Shown here: positions 47,917 through 59,259 of the stretch, in pieces
Layout of the letters: every line of letters starts with the position of its first letter
Position numbering within the stretch: position 1 is the stretch's first letter
The notes under the pieces: generated by a model
The model's input: the letters and a program-made list of their open reading frames with translations, nothing else
What the model was told of the DNA's origin: nothing
The model's database searches: none
Assembly: GCA_010093995.1 (NCBI GenBank)
Contig: ML992503.1
Location: 1-64,000, forward strand
Length of the DNA: 64,000 nucleotides
Direction of reading: 5' to 3'
Origin: Elsinoe ampelina
Taxonomy: Eukaryota
Made by a program: the position numbers and the translations under genes

Positions 47917-49825
47917 ATGGCACCCCCTGTGTCCTTCACCAAGCTCACACTCTCCTATCCCATCTACAGCGTCGACTTTGATCCCTACAATCGCGGCTAC
48001 CTGGTGGTTGGTGGAGGTGGAGGTGAAGGGAGGAGTGGTGTCAGCAACAAGCTTGTAGAACCGTCTCAATATAATCTCCCCAGATCTACGCTGATTGCAA
48101 CAGACATTGCTCGACACATCATCACGAAGCACGCTATCGGTTGCTGGCGAGATCGAGCTTTCCCGCGATGAAGATTCGGTCACATCTCTAGCGAACTTGG
48201 CCTCTAAAGATGGCCTGATATCCTTGACCGGCATCAACTCCTCCGAAGCAGATCAGAAAGCAGGCAAGAACGAGCATCTCCGTGCTTTCGATGTCCGATA
48301 TCCAAAGCGCCGGCGAAGAAACGACGACAAGGAGGAGACGGGAGTCAAAGATACAGAAGGTTCGATATCGCTCATTGGAAAGTCCTCTCTGTTCAAGCCA
48401 GCCCAAGGACCCAAGCCTGAACAATATCAAAGAGTGCTGAAGCTGTCGCCGGCACGCAGATCCGAGACAGGAAGCAAGAGAATTGGCGTCGCGGCCACGG
48501 GGCTTGCGAAACAGTCGCAGCTCGTCGTTTTTGATGCGACCAAAACGCCGGTCAAGGACGCCGATGTGATCAATCGAGTGGACCTGGACGACGAAGCCGC
48601 CGATCTGGACATTCGGGATACTGGCGCTCAAGAGTTCTCGATTGCTTGGTGCTCGGACTACTCAGTGTATGAGCAGACCGTGGCTTATGATTTTCAATCA
48701 AAGAAGAAGGAGTTGACGCCTAAGGGGCCTAGGAATATCCACACCTTATCGAAAGAGGCTGATGGCGGGAGACCAAGGATTCGCGCAAAATACAGGAGCA
48801 TACGGTTCCTGACCAACCATCACCTACTCGTACTTTCCAACAGTCCGAATAAGAGCGGGGCGGAGCTGTCTATCATGCATGTCTATCCGACGGGCCCAGC
48901 AGCTGTGCTGTTCCACAAGGTCCTGCCCTCGCACATCAAGCAAGCCGTCGGCATGGACGTCTGTGCTCTGGATCCGGACGATAATGGTAGCAGGCAATTC
49001 ATCATCGCGGTGGCTGGACAAGATATCAGTATCGAAGTCTTCACTATCAATTACACCAGGCAGACAGATACTTTCACTCCCTTCAAGAACTTTACCACTC
49101 TACGAAACGTTCATCCGCTACAAATGACAGCGATCAAATTTGCGCCATTCTTTTCGCCCGATCCTAAGAGCTCAAAAGACCAGTACATCCAATTGGCGTC
49201 GGCCAGCATGGGTAATACCGTTGTGGTCGAAACTCTCGCCCTCCAGCCGTTCGATGGGAAGCCGAAGACACGCTATGTCCTGTCACACCCTGCCGATGAG
49301 CGGTGGAACCAGACAGCATATATCGGTCTCATTTCGCTCATTGTCCTCGTCACAGCTATATTGCTACAGTCCATGTTCTTTCCTGAACAAGGACAAGCTC
49401 TCATGCAGAAGCTTCCACCGCCAATCCGGAGCATGCTCGATGGCACGGCAGCACAAAGACTTCGGCCCGCTGCCCGCAATGCGCAACAGGAAGCTTTTGA
49501 AGCAGCCCGTGGTCTCCGCGATATCCTGCACCTGCACCGGAAGGAAGGCGGTACCAAGGCTGTGGTGCTGCGCTCGCCACCACAAGGATCGACTGCTCTG
49601 GATGTGGAGGTCATCCCCGACAAGGCTGCCTACCTGAAGAAGGACGACCAAGCGAGACACTGGCACGAGCTTGAGGAGCATGAGAAGCACAGCTGGAGGG
49701 AGGCTTTGATCAGCGCTGGCGAATGGACAGTCGATGAAGGCGAGGCCGTGCTTAAGGGCATCTTATTCAGCAGCTATGCAGGTCTGGTCGGACAGGTCGC
49801 TGGAGAGGCTATCAGGGGCATGTAG
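47917..49825 (+). CDS. SEC12: Sar1 guanine nucleotide exchange factor (WD40 plus TM); intron 48055-48103
   Basis: YPIY..VGGGGGEGRSGVSNKL motif, beta-propeller-like body, single TM helix near the C-terminus. Confidence 0.85.
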
Positions 49826-50015
49826 GGTGTGTAAATGGCCTTGAAATGGAAAGTACCTAGGATCTTATCTCGCTACTGATGAACAGCTCCGCAAATAGAG
49901 CTCTAGCGTATGTCTTCAATTGGGCTGAGATGGGACGAACCTTCGGAACCCTTCGATATCGCCTGCCGCGTTACCGCGCCCTGCCGCCACTGAGTATGCA
50001 GCCGATGTTGAGCGA

Positions 50016-50675
50016 TTAGCAAAGCTCCCAGCTGTCATGTCGGTCTTCAGGCTTGACCTTGGCCACCACCTCGTCCCTGATTTCGCGAAATTTCGTCACA
50101 AATCGAATCCCCGGCGCACAATCAGTAATGTCCGCGAAGCTACTCATCTCCAGCACCTCTCCGTCCTTGGAGTTCAACACGTCGTAGGTGAGCGCAGTCT
50201 CCTAGATCTTGTCCTCCAGCTGATCATCAGTGAGATCTTCGTCAAAGCCCAGCTCGCACAGCACATCCTCCCTGTAGCTGCGGTACTCGGGCTGGTGGTC
50301 TACGCTCTCGGCTTTGACTGTGTCCTTGTTCGTCACGTAATCGTACTCGTCATCCTCGTCGTTTCCGTCGCCGTCCAAGCTGCGCCAGTTCTTGCGGACT
50401 CGCACGACGATAGTGTCGTGGAATAGTCTCATTGCCCAGGCCATTGCCCATTCCTGGCTTTCACGAAGATGCTGGATGGCTTCCTCGTGCGCTTCGCGCG
50501 CTGTGTCGAAGTGCTGGAGAGGTCGGTATCGAGATGCGAAGATCATTGTGGTACGTACATCGAGGATGTCCATGATACTTGGATTCTTGGCTATTATCTC
50601 CTTGACTGCTTGGGAAATGTCCAGCTTGTGGACAATGGGGCTGGACATCGCTTGGTAGTACTTGATTGTGGACAC
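50016..50675 (-). pseudogene. Orphan gene with a probable premature TAG at 50202-50204
   Basis: 157-codon ORF followed in the same frame by 61 more open codons ending at TAA 50016-50018. Confidence 0.5.
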
Positions 50676-51360
50676 TGGTAGTTGGCCGAAGTGGGGTTTG
50701 TCAGGGAGGCGCTTGAAGGAAAAAGGAAGGTATTCTTGCCGGCGATCAGTGTTACTTTATCTTGCCTCTTCTCCCTATGTGGGTCCAGGCAGCAGACACT
50801 CCCTGCATGTGCGTGGCTTACCCTTACCTAGAATCTGGCATGTGGGAATCTCAGCACAAGTGAGTGACAATAGGGATGACATGGCCTTTGTAGAGGCCTA
50901 TGCATCTTCTTTGTGAACGCACATGCCCCATCTCACGTGAAGCACGTGAAGAGGGCAGACTATGGTGACCACACTAGATTTGCAAGGCGAGTGAGCAGTG
51001 AGCCATCGGGCGGGATAATCACCCACTTTCAATATCCATACACTCCTAGACGAACGACATGTACCTGTCTATCCAGATAGTCCTTGTCACCCCTCGAGGA
51101 TCGGGCATGCCGTTATCGGCATGGCCATGTGGGTGAAAAGCAATTTGAGTCAGAGGCATGTGAGCACGAGTGAAAGAACAGAAGACATGATTGTGTAATT
51201 GCAGTGAAAAAAGCAAGACGAGCAAACGCTTCGAAGTGCGCGCCTGCCTAGCTACCGAAGCCAAAGTTTCCATACCACATGAACCCATGGCGCTTCAATA
51301 ACATGCCGATGGTCCTACCAGCTCGATCTCATGCTCAGCTCCTTGTACAGCGCCATTCGC

Positions 51361-51810
51361 TCAGACCATTTCATACACAGCGCTGTTGGCGAACTCCAGC
51401 ATATGCACACGAGCCTCCTCGATTCCATAGTGACGCCTGATCATCTGAAATGCCTTGCCCGTGAATTGCCTCACCGCATCCAGCTCCTCTTTAGTACCGC
51501 TAGCATGCTTGCTTGCAGCCGCCTTCATGTCGCGCCCGCAAAGACTCTCCTCGCCGTCTGTGTCACGCTTCTTGATCTTGTCGTAGAATACGACGATGAA
51601 AGCATGCATTCTCCTCATCGTGTCCGCGTTTGCGGCAGCGCGTGGATCGCCTCCGTGATTGCCGAGGAGAAGTTGGAAGCTTGGACGATCCGATGCGCGC
51701 TCGAGACCACTGTCAACGTCGTTGGTAACCTGTCCGAGGATTTCGCTGAAGTAAGACGTCATCTCGTCTATTGCTTCTCGTTGGGATGATGTGATGTAGA
51801 CGGCAGCCAT
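51361..51810 (-). CDS. Orphan hypothetical protein, 149 aa
   Basis: ATG-started ORF with coding-like composition. No family recognised. Confidence 0.55.
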   Translation of the reverse strand: MAAVYITSSQREAIDEMTSYFSEILGQVTNDVDSGLERASDRPSFQLLLGNHGGDPRAAANADTMRRMHAFIVVFYDKIKKRDTDGEESLCGRDMKAAASKHASGTKEELDAVRQFTGKAFQMIRRHYGIEEARVHMLEFANSAVYEMV

Positions 51811-52130
51811 CTATTTCACGTGAGTCGGTGTTCCTGGCATGAGTGATATGGGCTTACGTTTCTTGACTTTGTATGCGGGATCGTGCCAGCAGGTTGGAGC
51901 AGAAATTTTTGGCGATCTGGTAGTTTCAACTGGAGGTGTTGAATGATCAAGCGATCTTGAGCATGACAAAGAAGAAAAGTTGTAATTATAGGAGAAGAGT
52001 ACTTGCTGGTAGTGACGTGACTGCCTCGAAAGCGCGTTCAATTCAGGCATCCACGGGCTCATGATACTTCAGCTCTGATCGCGTCACGTGTCTGAAGCTC
52101 GTGTGCTCACTTGATTTTCACGTGCTTGCC

Positions 52131-52174
52131 TATCATGATGCTCTCTATCATGATGCTCTCTATCATGATGCTCT
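52131..52174. repeat. 15-bp tandem repeat (tatcatgatgctctc), ~3 copies
   Basis: Directly visible in the sequence. Confidence 0.9.
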
Positions 52175-52204
52175 TGATTCTTTCGCCAACCTTCATTGAC
52201 GCCT

Positions 52205-52780
52205 CTACATCAGTAGCACATCCTCAGCGTCAACCTTTGGCTTATGATTGTAATACATAAAGCTCAGATCCCCGAACAATGCCTCGATCGCCATAACCTT
52301 TGCTGGTCCTTCCTCAGTCTGGTCAATGACTGCCTTCCAGAAGAAGACGAAGACGTAGTTGTGCATCGCGATGTTGTCGAAATTAGTCGCTCTGACCAGC
52401 CTGTTGATCGCCGACGTGAAGTCTCTCTTGGCCGTTGTAATGCCTTTGGCTCTGTCCGAGTCGAATCGCTCGATGGTGTTCCTGATAAAAATTGTGAAAG
52501 GGCTTGCTCGTCGGTAAACTCCTGGCCGGCGAAGATAGCCCACAAAGCTTGTTGAGAGCTCTCAGAAAAACTACCAGGAGGAGTGTCGAAGTCCGCGAGT
52601 CGCAGGGTACTGGTAATGCTTTTCAGCACGAGGTTGACGACCGAGATGCTCTCTACTTTACGATGATGTCTGATCTGTGAAATTTGTCAGCGTCTGAGAT
52701 GCTTGTGGGGCGACGGGGGCATGGCGGACAGCGAGTACGGCCAGAACCGAGGCGATGACGGCGAAGATAATCATGATAGC
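52205..52780 (-). pseudogene. Orphan gene split over frames (frameshift near the A5 run at ~52487-52491)
   Basis: Coding-like ORFs 52658-52858, 52264-52629 and 52205-52543 follow each other in different frames. Confidence 0.4.
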
Positions 52781-52965
52781 GAGATAGCGGCGCAGTGGCA
52801 ATGGGGTGGAACTGCTTGTAGGACGAGGAAAAGAGCGACCAAGTGTGAAGGATTCCACTTTGGCAAGGCTTCCATGTGAATCAAGAACAATAGGTGAATG
52901 TAAGATTCATAAAAAATGCACGTGCAGGAAATCTGTTCATTCCCACTTACTATTGTTACACACGT

Positions 52966-54860
52966 CTACCGCGACAGGGCGATATCGTCGATCCTGAGAA
53001 TCATCTTGACCGTCTCGCTTGCCAGCTCAATGGCGCTGGTCGTGACCAACAGCGGCTGCATGACCGACTCTCCCTGTGGACCCATATCTCCTGTCGACCC
53101 TCGCTTGATGCTTACGCCCACGCTTGACTCCCCGTTCGCATGCCTCGCTCGCAGCTCCGTGACCACCCTGATCGCGTTCAGGCCAGCATTTTCCGCCAAC
53201 GTGACCGGGCATACCTCCAATGCATCCGCAAACGCCTTGAAACATATGCTGTCCGGATAGCTGGATGTGAGGGCGAGCTTCGACAGAGCTGTTGTGACGG
53301 CCATCTCTGGAGCGCCGCCACCGGGGAGTAGAGCCTTCTTCTTCACCAAACACCTGATGACGCACATTGCATCGTGAAGACTTCGCTCTGCCTCGTCCAG
53401 GATGAGAGCGTTGGCGCCGCGACAGATCAAGCTCACGGTCTTTGGCGCATTTGGTGGTAATGACCTGACGCCTGTGATTCTAGTGATTCTGGACCCGAGT
53501 GATGATGTTTCTTCCACCAGGTCCGCCGACCCCAGCTTGTCTTCGGTGAACGAGTCGATGTCGGCGATTGGCTTGCACCCAGTGCTCTTGGCAATGAACT
53601 CGATCTCTGTCCTTTCAATATCCTTGATGCACATGATGTTGACCTTGGCTAGGAAGTGGAGGGAGAGATCGTTGACGGCGTCTCGGAGAATAGACTTCTG
53701 GATGAGGAGGACGTTGCACTTTGACTTCTTGATCTTCTTGACGAGGTTGAGAAGATATGCTCGCTCTTCTTTGAGGATCTTGTCCATTTGCCGGTAGTCA
53801 TTGACGACGATCTGGTTTTCCATCTGCAACTGGTCAGCTTCACGTTGCCTCTATCATGCGTCTTGCTCACATCAGGCTTCGGCGGGCTCAGTTGGAACTG
53901 AATCAGTCCTATCCGTGCTTTCTCAATCCGTGTTGGACCACCTCCGCTCTTGACCACTGGCTGCTCAAGTACCACGCCATCCACCATCTCGCTGTCGTCG
54001 ATCACTCCGCCAACCTTCTTGAGAATGCGAATATTGCGGAGATCAGCATTGTCGGCCGTCTTGGGGTCGATGGTTTTGAGCACAGCATCGACAGCCATGG
54101 GAGCCAGCTTCGGTTCTTGCGATACGATCTTTGAAGAGAGAGATGTGGATGCGGCTTTGAGGAGGGAAGCTCTGTCGGTGAGCTGGAGCGGTATCGAGAT
54201 ATCGTGAAGGACCTTGACGGCGTGTGCAGCGGCGCGCTGGAAAGACTCTGAGATGATGGTAGGGTGAATGCCTTTCGCGAGTAGTCTCTCCGCCGCTCCG
54301 AGTAGACTGCCCGCTATTACCACGACTGAGGTTGTGCCATCTCCTGCTTCGATATCTTGTGCGTTCGCTAGGTCTACGAGCATCTTTGCCGCCGGATGCA
54401 TCACGGACATATCTTTGAGCATTGTGTTGCCATCGTTTGTCTGGTGTGGTCAGATTCGGTATCGTTGAGGGTGTGGCCTGACATACGATGATGGTCTCGC
54501 CCTTTCCTGTTTGGATCTAGAATTGTCAGTCATGACCTGGAGCACAATTGTGGACAACATACCATCTTGTCCATACCACGGGGACCCAGCGACTATATAA
54601 TGTCAGAATGCTGCAAAGGTCAATATGTAGAGTCATGCGTACTGTCCGGATGGCATCTGCCACAGCTGCGAGACGTCAGTTTTGGGCTTCAGGAAACATA
54701 GAAATACCCACCTCTCGCAGCAACAATGTTGGCTGTGCGGACTGCTTGCGGCTTCTCCTTGTCCTGTACGAGTGTCAGTCAAGCCCAGTACTTCTGCCTG
54801 GCCTCTTCCCACCTTGAAAGCATTGTTCCCAGCATTATTCGACGCTACTTGAGCCGCCAT
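52966..54860 (-). CDS. CCT4: Chaperonin TCP-1 subunit delta, ~7 exons including several very short 5' exons
   Basis: [50 protein letters not shown] and ILRIDDI. Confidence 0.97.
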
Positions 54861-55243
54861 GATGTCGGATTCGTCAAGACTTCGCAACAGGTGGTATCAG
54901 ATGTCGAGATGTGAGTTTCGGAGCTGTATATGTCTGTTTCTGAACTTTTTTTGAGCTCGCGAAGTCCAAGTCGCGTCGGCGAGCTCTTCATGCGCCGGCC
55001 GAATGTCGGCAGATCTGGTCAGTTGAGCCGCGAGCACTCCCGGCGGAGAGCGGGCCTTGGCAAATGACGCCAGGTGGGGGATTTTTTGCGATGGACTTTC
55101 TGTGCTGAGCTCATCCTTGGGGTTGCTGTCGTGTGGTGTGTAATACCGACCGCGGAGTTGTCTAATATCTTTCTTCTCAACCTCATTCGACCGCCGATAA
55201 ACTCCCCTTTCGACCTCACACCTCATTCACAACATTTTCAGAC

Positions 55244-56193
55244 ATGGCGTCAACAGGCTCCACGATAGCAGAGATCCCCAATGAATCAGTCTTCGTCACC
55301 ACCACTTCAGCGCTGCCGCCAACCACTCTCCAAGTGATCTACTTTTTCGCAGACTGGGCCGAGCCATGCAAGCAGATGTCATCTGTCCTTTCCGATCTTG
55401 CCTCCACATATCCTGTAACATCTCCACCGAGCATTTCATTCCTCTCGCTCGACGCCGAGGAAGTATCCGAGATCAGCGAGCGATACAATGTTTCTCAGGT
55501 ACCCTATATCGTCCTTCAGAAGGGCGACGATGTGCTAGAGGCTATTGCGGGTGGTGACGCGTCCAAAGTACGAGCAGCAATCGAGAAATACGCGCCGTCG
55601 TCCAATACCGTCTCGAATCTCCCGCCGCTGCAGAAGGTCTCGAAGCCAGCACCTTCTTCCACAGACGCAAGCGGTCCAACCACAAACGGCGCCAGCAACC
55701 TCTCCGCATACGCCCCATCAGACTCAGATCCAAAGACCGCCCCTCAATTCAGCTCAGGCGAGAACCCAGCACAGGCAAAGGAGGCATTGAACAACAGATT
55801 AGCGGAGCTAGTCAAGGCAGCTCCCGTCATGCTCTTCATGAAGGGGACACCGAGTGCACCACAGTGTGGGTTCAGCAGACAGACAGTCAGCATGCTCAGA
55901 GAGCGAGGGATCAGATACGGCTTCTTCAACATCCTCGCAGATGACGACGTAAGGCAAGGTCTCAAGGAGTACTCGGATTGGCCGACATTCCCACAGGTGT
56001 ATGTGGGCGGAGAGCTGGTCGGAGGCCTGGACATTGTGAGTGTCACCCTTGCCGAGCATAAAGCATGACTGACAATCCACAGCTCAAGGAGGAATTCGAA
56101 AACGACCCCGACTTCTTATCAGATTACATGGTCAGCAGACAGAGAAACACCGGCGGTCCCGCGGCACCAGAGCAGCAGGCCACTCCAGCGTAA
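55244..56193 (+). CDS. GRX4: Monothiol glutaredoxin (Trx plus Grx domains); intron 56036-56082
   Basis: WAEPC thioredoxin-like domain, FMKGTPSAPQCGFS, WPTFPQ and GGLDI. Confidence 0.93.
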
Positions 56194-56310
56194 TGTGCTT
56201 CTTTATCCATCCGATACGCACGACCAATGATAGACAATGTATACCCTGTACAACCTTTTTCCAGATCCCCGCTATGCCCGAATTTGCTCATGCATGATGT
56301 ACAGATCTCC

Positions 56311-57369
56311 CTACCGCACTGCTCTCCTCTTCCCCCATACCCTCTGCATTCGCGCCGTGAGGCTGTCTCCGTCATGTCCTAGGTGTTGGTGATGTGAGGT
56401 GAGGATGTGCTCGCGCCATTCACTCCCGTCGAGGAAGCACGCTAGACATCCGTCGTGGACGCACATTAGGCCTTGGCTGCCTGAGCGGCCAAGCTCCAGC
56501 GTCCCGAGATCGGACGGCGTCTCCCACTTCCTGATCCGGTATGCACCCGAATTGAGCGCATGGTGACAATGAGGGAAGGGGCAGCTGAAGTCGGAGTTTG
56601 AGACATGCTCTTCCCCCTCAGCATGAGTGGTGTGTGCCTGTGGAGGAGAAGCAATTTGTCGCGATTGGTGAGGAAGAATTGGCGCACGATGAACATAGCG
56701 CGTCGAACCATGTAGACGGGCCATGTCTGCCCTGCTAACGGCTTCTTGTTCCCGTCTGGCCTTGTCGGCTATCTGGCGGAGGTGGGAACATTCTTCTTGG
56801 TGGAGGGCTGGAAGAGGAAGGATGGAAGCTTTTGATATCTGGCTAGAGAAGAGGTGTGAGGAAATGAGTCTAGCCCTCGCGGCAGCATTGGATTGAAGAG
56901 AATCATGTGTAGCATCCTCGCGGGTGGAGGTCGAGTCGAGTGGTGCATCAGACTCTTGGGACCGAATCTTATGCCAGGTGTATGTGAAAAGGCGGTCGTT
57001 GAATTTATTCCACTGGTTGTCGGTACTGATATCGTCCTGCTCGAGAGATTCCAACTGAGGGTCAAATACAGTCTGTTCTAGCTGGCTCATAAAGAGCTGA
57101 ATGTCCAGAGCATCGCCAACCCCGAGACTGACAGCCTCGGCTTCCGTTGACCTGAATTGCTCTGCTTCGTGTTTGTATAAATGCCGCCTGGTCCTTGGTG
57201 TTGATGGCTCGCCACCGTGAAAATGAACATAGTCACCGTACTGGTTGATAGAGTCCTTTCCTGAAGGTCGAAGCCGGTCGATATCAGATCCCACATGTCG
57301 GCTGGTCAAGACCTGGTTGGACAGCTGAACAGCCGAGGTGGCAATCCTTTCCGGCAAGGAGATGTCCAT
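56311..57369 (-). CDS. Hypothetical protein with C-terminal C2H2-like zinc-finger motifs
   Basis: ~350-aa ORF containing CPFPHC and CVHDGC..F..EWREHILTSHH. Confidence 0.65.
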   Translation of the reverse strand: MDISLPERIATSAVQLSNQVLTSRHVGSDIDRLRPSGKDSINQYGDYVHFHGGEPSTPRTRRHLYKHEAEQFRSTEAEAVSLGVGDALDIQLFMSQLEQTVFDPQLESLEQDDISTDNQWNKFNDRLFTYTWHKIRSQESDAPLDSTSTREDATHDSLQSNAAARARLISSHLFSSQISKASILPLPALHQEECSHLRQIADKARREQEAVSRADMARLHGSTRYVHRAPILPHQSRQIASPPQAHTTHAEGEEHVSNSDFSCPFPHCHHALNSGAYRIRKWETPSDLGTLELGRSGSQGLMCVHDGCLACFLDGSEWREHILTSHHQHLGHDGDSLTARMQRVWGKRRAVR

Positions 57370-57834
57370 TCTCACAGAGTCAAAAAGTTGGGCCGTGGCA
57401 ATTTAATTCGCCTTTCACACCAGATGAAGACTCATGTCGAAAATAATTGCTAGACCCTGGTGGAACTTGATACCGAGGGATGAGAGGAGCGTAATGAGAG
57501 AGCCAAATGTGGGACTTTTTGGGACTTTATTCCCGATCCATTTTCGGCCCTGGTCAGTTTTCCTGATTAGTAAATCCTATCCCGAGAGCAAAAGCTGTTA
57601 AAAGATGATGTGCAGCGGTGCTCTTAACACACTAGGTGCACTACTTGTTCATCAGTGGCCATGGGTTGCCCTCAAATACTTGTGTTGTATTGTTGTCTCG
57701 AGGCACAGCGATAGTAACGTAGACAGACAGTCCTTGGTCGTTGATCAGGGACCGCAGACTTCTGTACCCCAGACTTCCCCGCAGCGGAGGCACGAGTGGA
57801 ACAGTGCAAGAGGCCAAGATTAAAGTCACAGAGG

Positions 57835-59250
57835 TACTTACGAGCGTTACCCCCCTCCGAGCAACCTGGCGATCGAGCTCGCTTAGTTAACCCGATACGG
57901 AGCGGGACCGCGCGTCGCTGAGAAACGAGCGTATTGGAGCTCTAGAATCTTCGCTGATATTTGGCTTAAATAGGCAATTAAAATATCCTCCGAATTGCTT
58001 ATTATACTTAACTCCTCTATAAAAATACCTCTCTACTATAAGCTCTATAACTATACCTTTATAACGCTATAAAGCTACAATTTCTAGTGTAATTAATGAA
58101 TTAAATAGTTCTTAAGGATCTCTTACATATTTAGAAGCCTTATAACATTACGCTAGAGTATACTATATAACTATAGTATATTAAATTTCTAGATAGTAGA
58201 AGCTATAGTCTAAGGCATTTACTTAATATTAATAACTTATACTAGTATAAGAAGGCGCTCTAGTCTATTACATTAAGTGGCTTATTAATACTAGCTTCTC
58301 TCCGGATTAAACTACTATTAATAAGCTTACTTTCTAGATATTAGAGTAAGATTAAAAGAATAACTCCTTAGTACCTTAATACTAGTAACCTTAATCTATT
58401 AGTAAAAGGTAGTTTTATAAGTTCTTTAAATATTACCTAGAGCTTACTTTAAAGCGTATCTAAGCCCTAGATAGTATAAGAGCTAATTACAATTAAGATC
58501 TAGAGTTAATAAAGTTATAGTTTTAAACACTAGAGGCGACTATTAATAAGTATAATATTAAGCTAGAGAACGTTTATAATATAGATAAGACTAGATATAT
58601 AATAGGTTAAACCGGTATAATTTAGTTAGTTATTTAGTAAGGCACTTATAATTTAGTTTATTATTAACCTAGTAATCGAACGTAGACTATAACTATTAAA
58701 ACTCTTAGTGCTAACAGCTATTAAGTGCCTCTATATATTATTCTTAAAGGTAGTAATATTAACATTAATTAGAGCTAGTAGCTTACCTTACTCTTACTAG
58801 AAGATAGTATATAGTATAGTAAAATTATAGTCTCTACTAATAGCTAGTTAGACAAGAAGTATACTATTAAGTAGCTTAATCTATTCTATAAGTATATAAG
58901 GCCTAAATATCTAGAATTAAGGTAAAAGGTAGTAGATAAGGATCTTTAACACTATAAGTAACTTCTTATAATAGATAGCTATAGTACTTATAAGTTACTA
59001 GCCTTTTTATAAAAGGCTTAAAAAGAGACAGTAGTACTTCTTCTACTACTCTCTTATTTAATATACCTCCTTTAGCCTCTTAATATATTAATCTTTATAT
59101 TACTTAAAGCTACCTATTAGAGAGAGATATAAGCTAAGGCCTTTATAGCTATAATAGAGTATCTAGATAGAGTAGGTATAATGTCTCTAGAATAGAGAAG
59201 CGATAGAGAAGAAGTATATACTATATAAATATAATAATAAATTTCTAACC
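57835..59250 (+). mobile_element. RIP-inactivated pogo/Fot1-type (Tc1/mariner superfamily) transposon, 3'-truncated
   Basis: De-RIP reading: YNIxPENVYNMDETG (~58551), PGNRTW.T.IE..PPYIILKG, STNGWSD, LLIMDGHGTH and LPSHSTHLLQPLD. A GC-rich putative terminal sequence lies at ~57835-57930. Confidence 0.88.
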
Positions 59251-59259
59251 TCTCTATAG

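Noticed and set aside
46874..56193. JAC1 and GRX4 as an Fe-S gene cluster
   Set aside because: They are separated by unrelated genes, so the proximity is probably coincidental.
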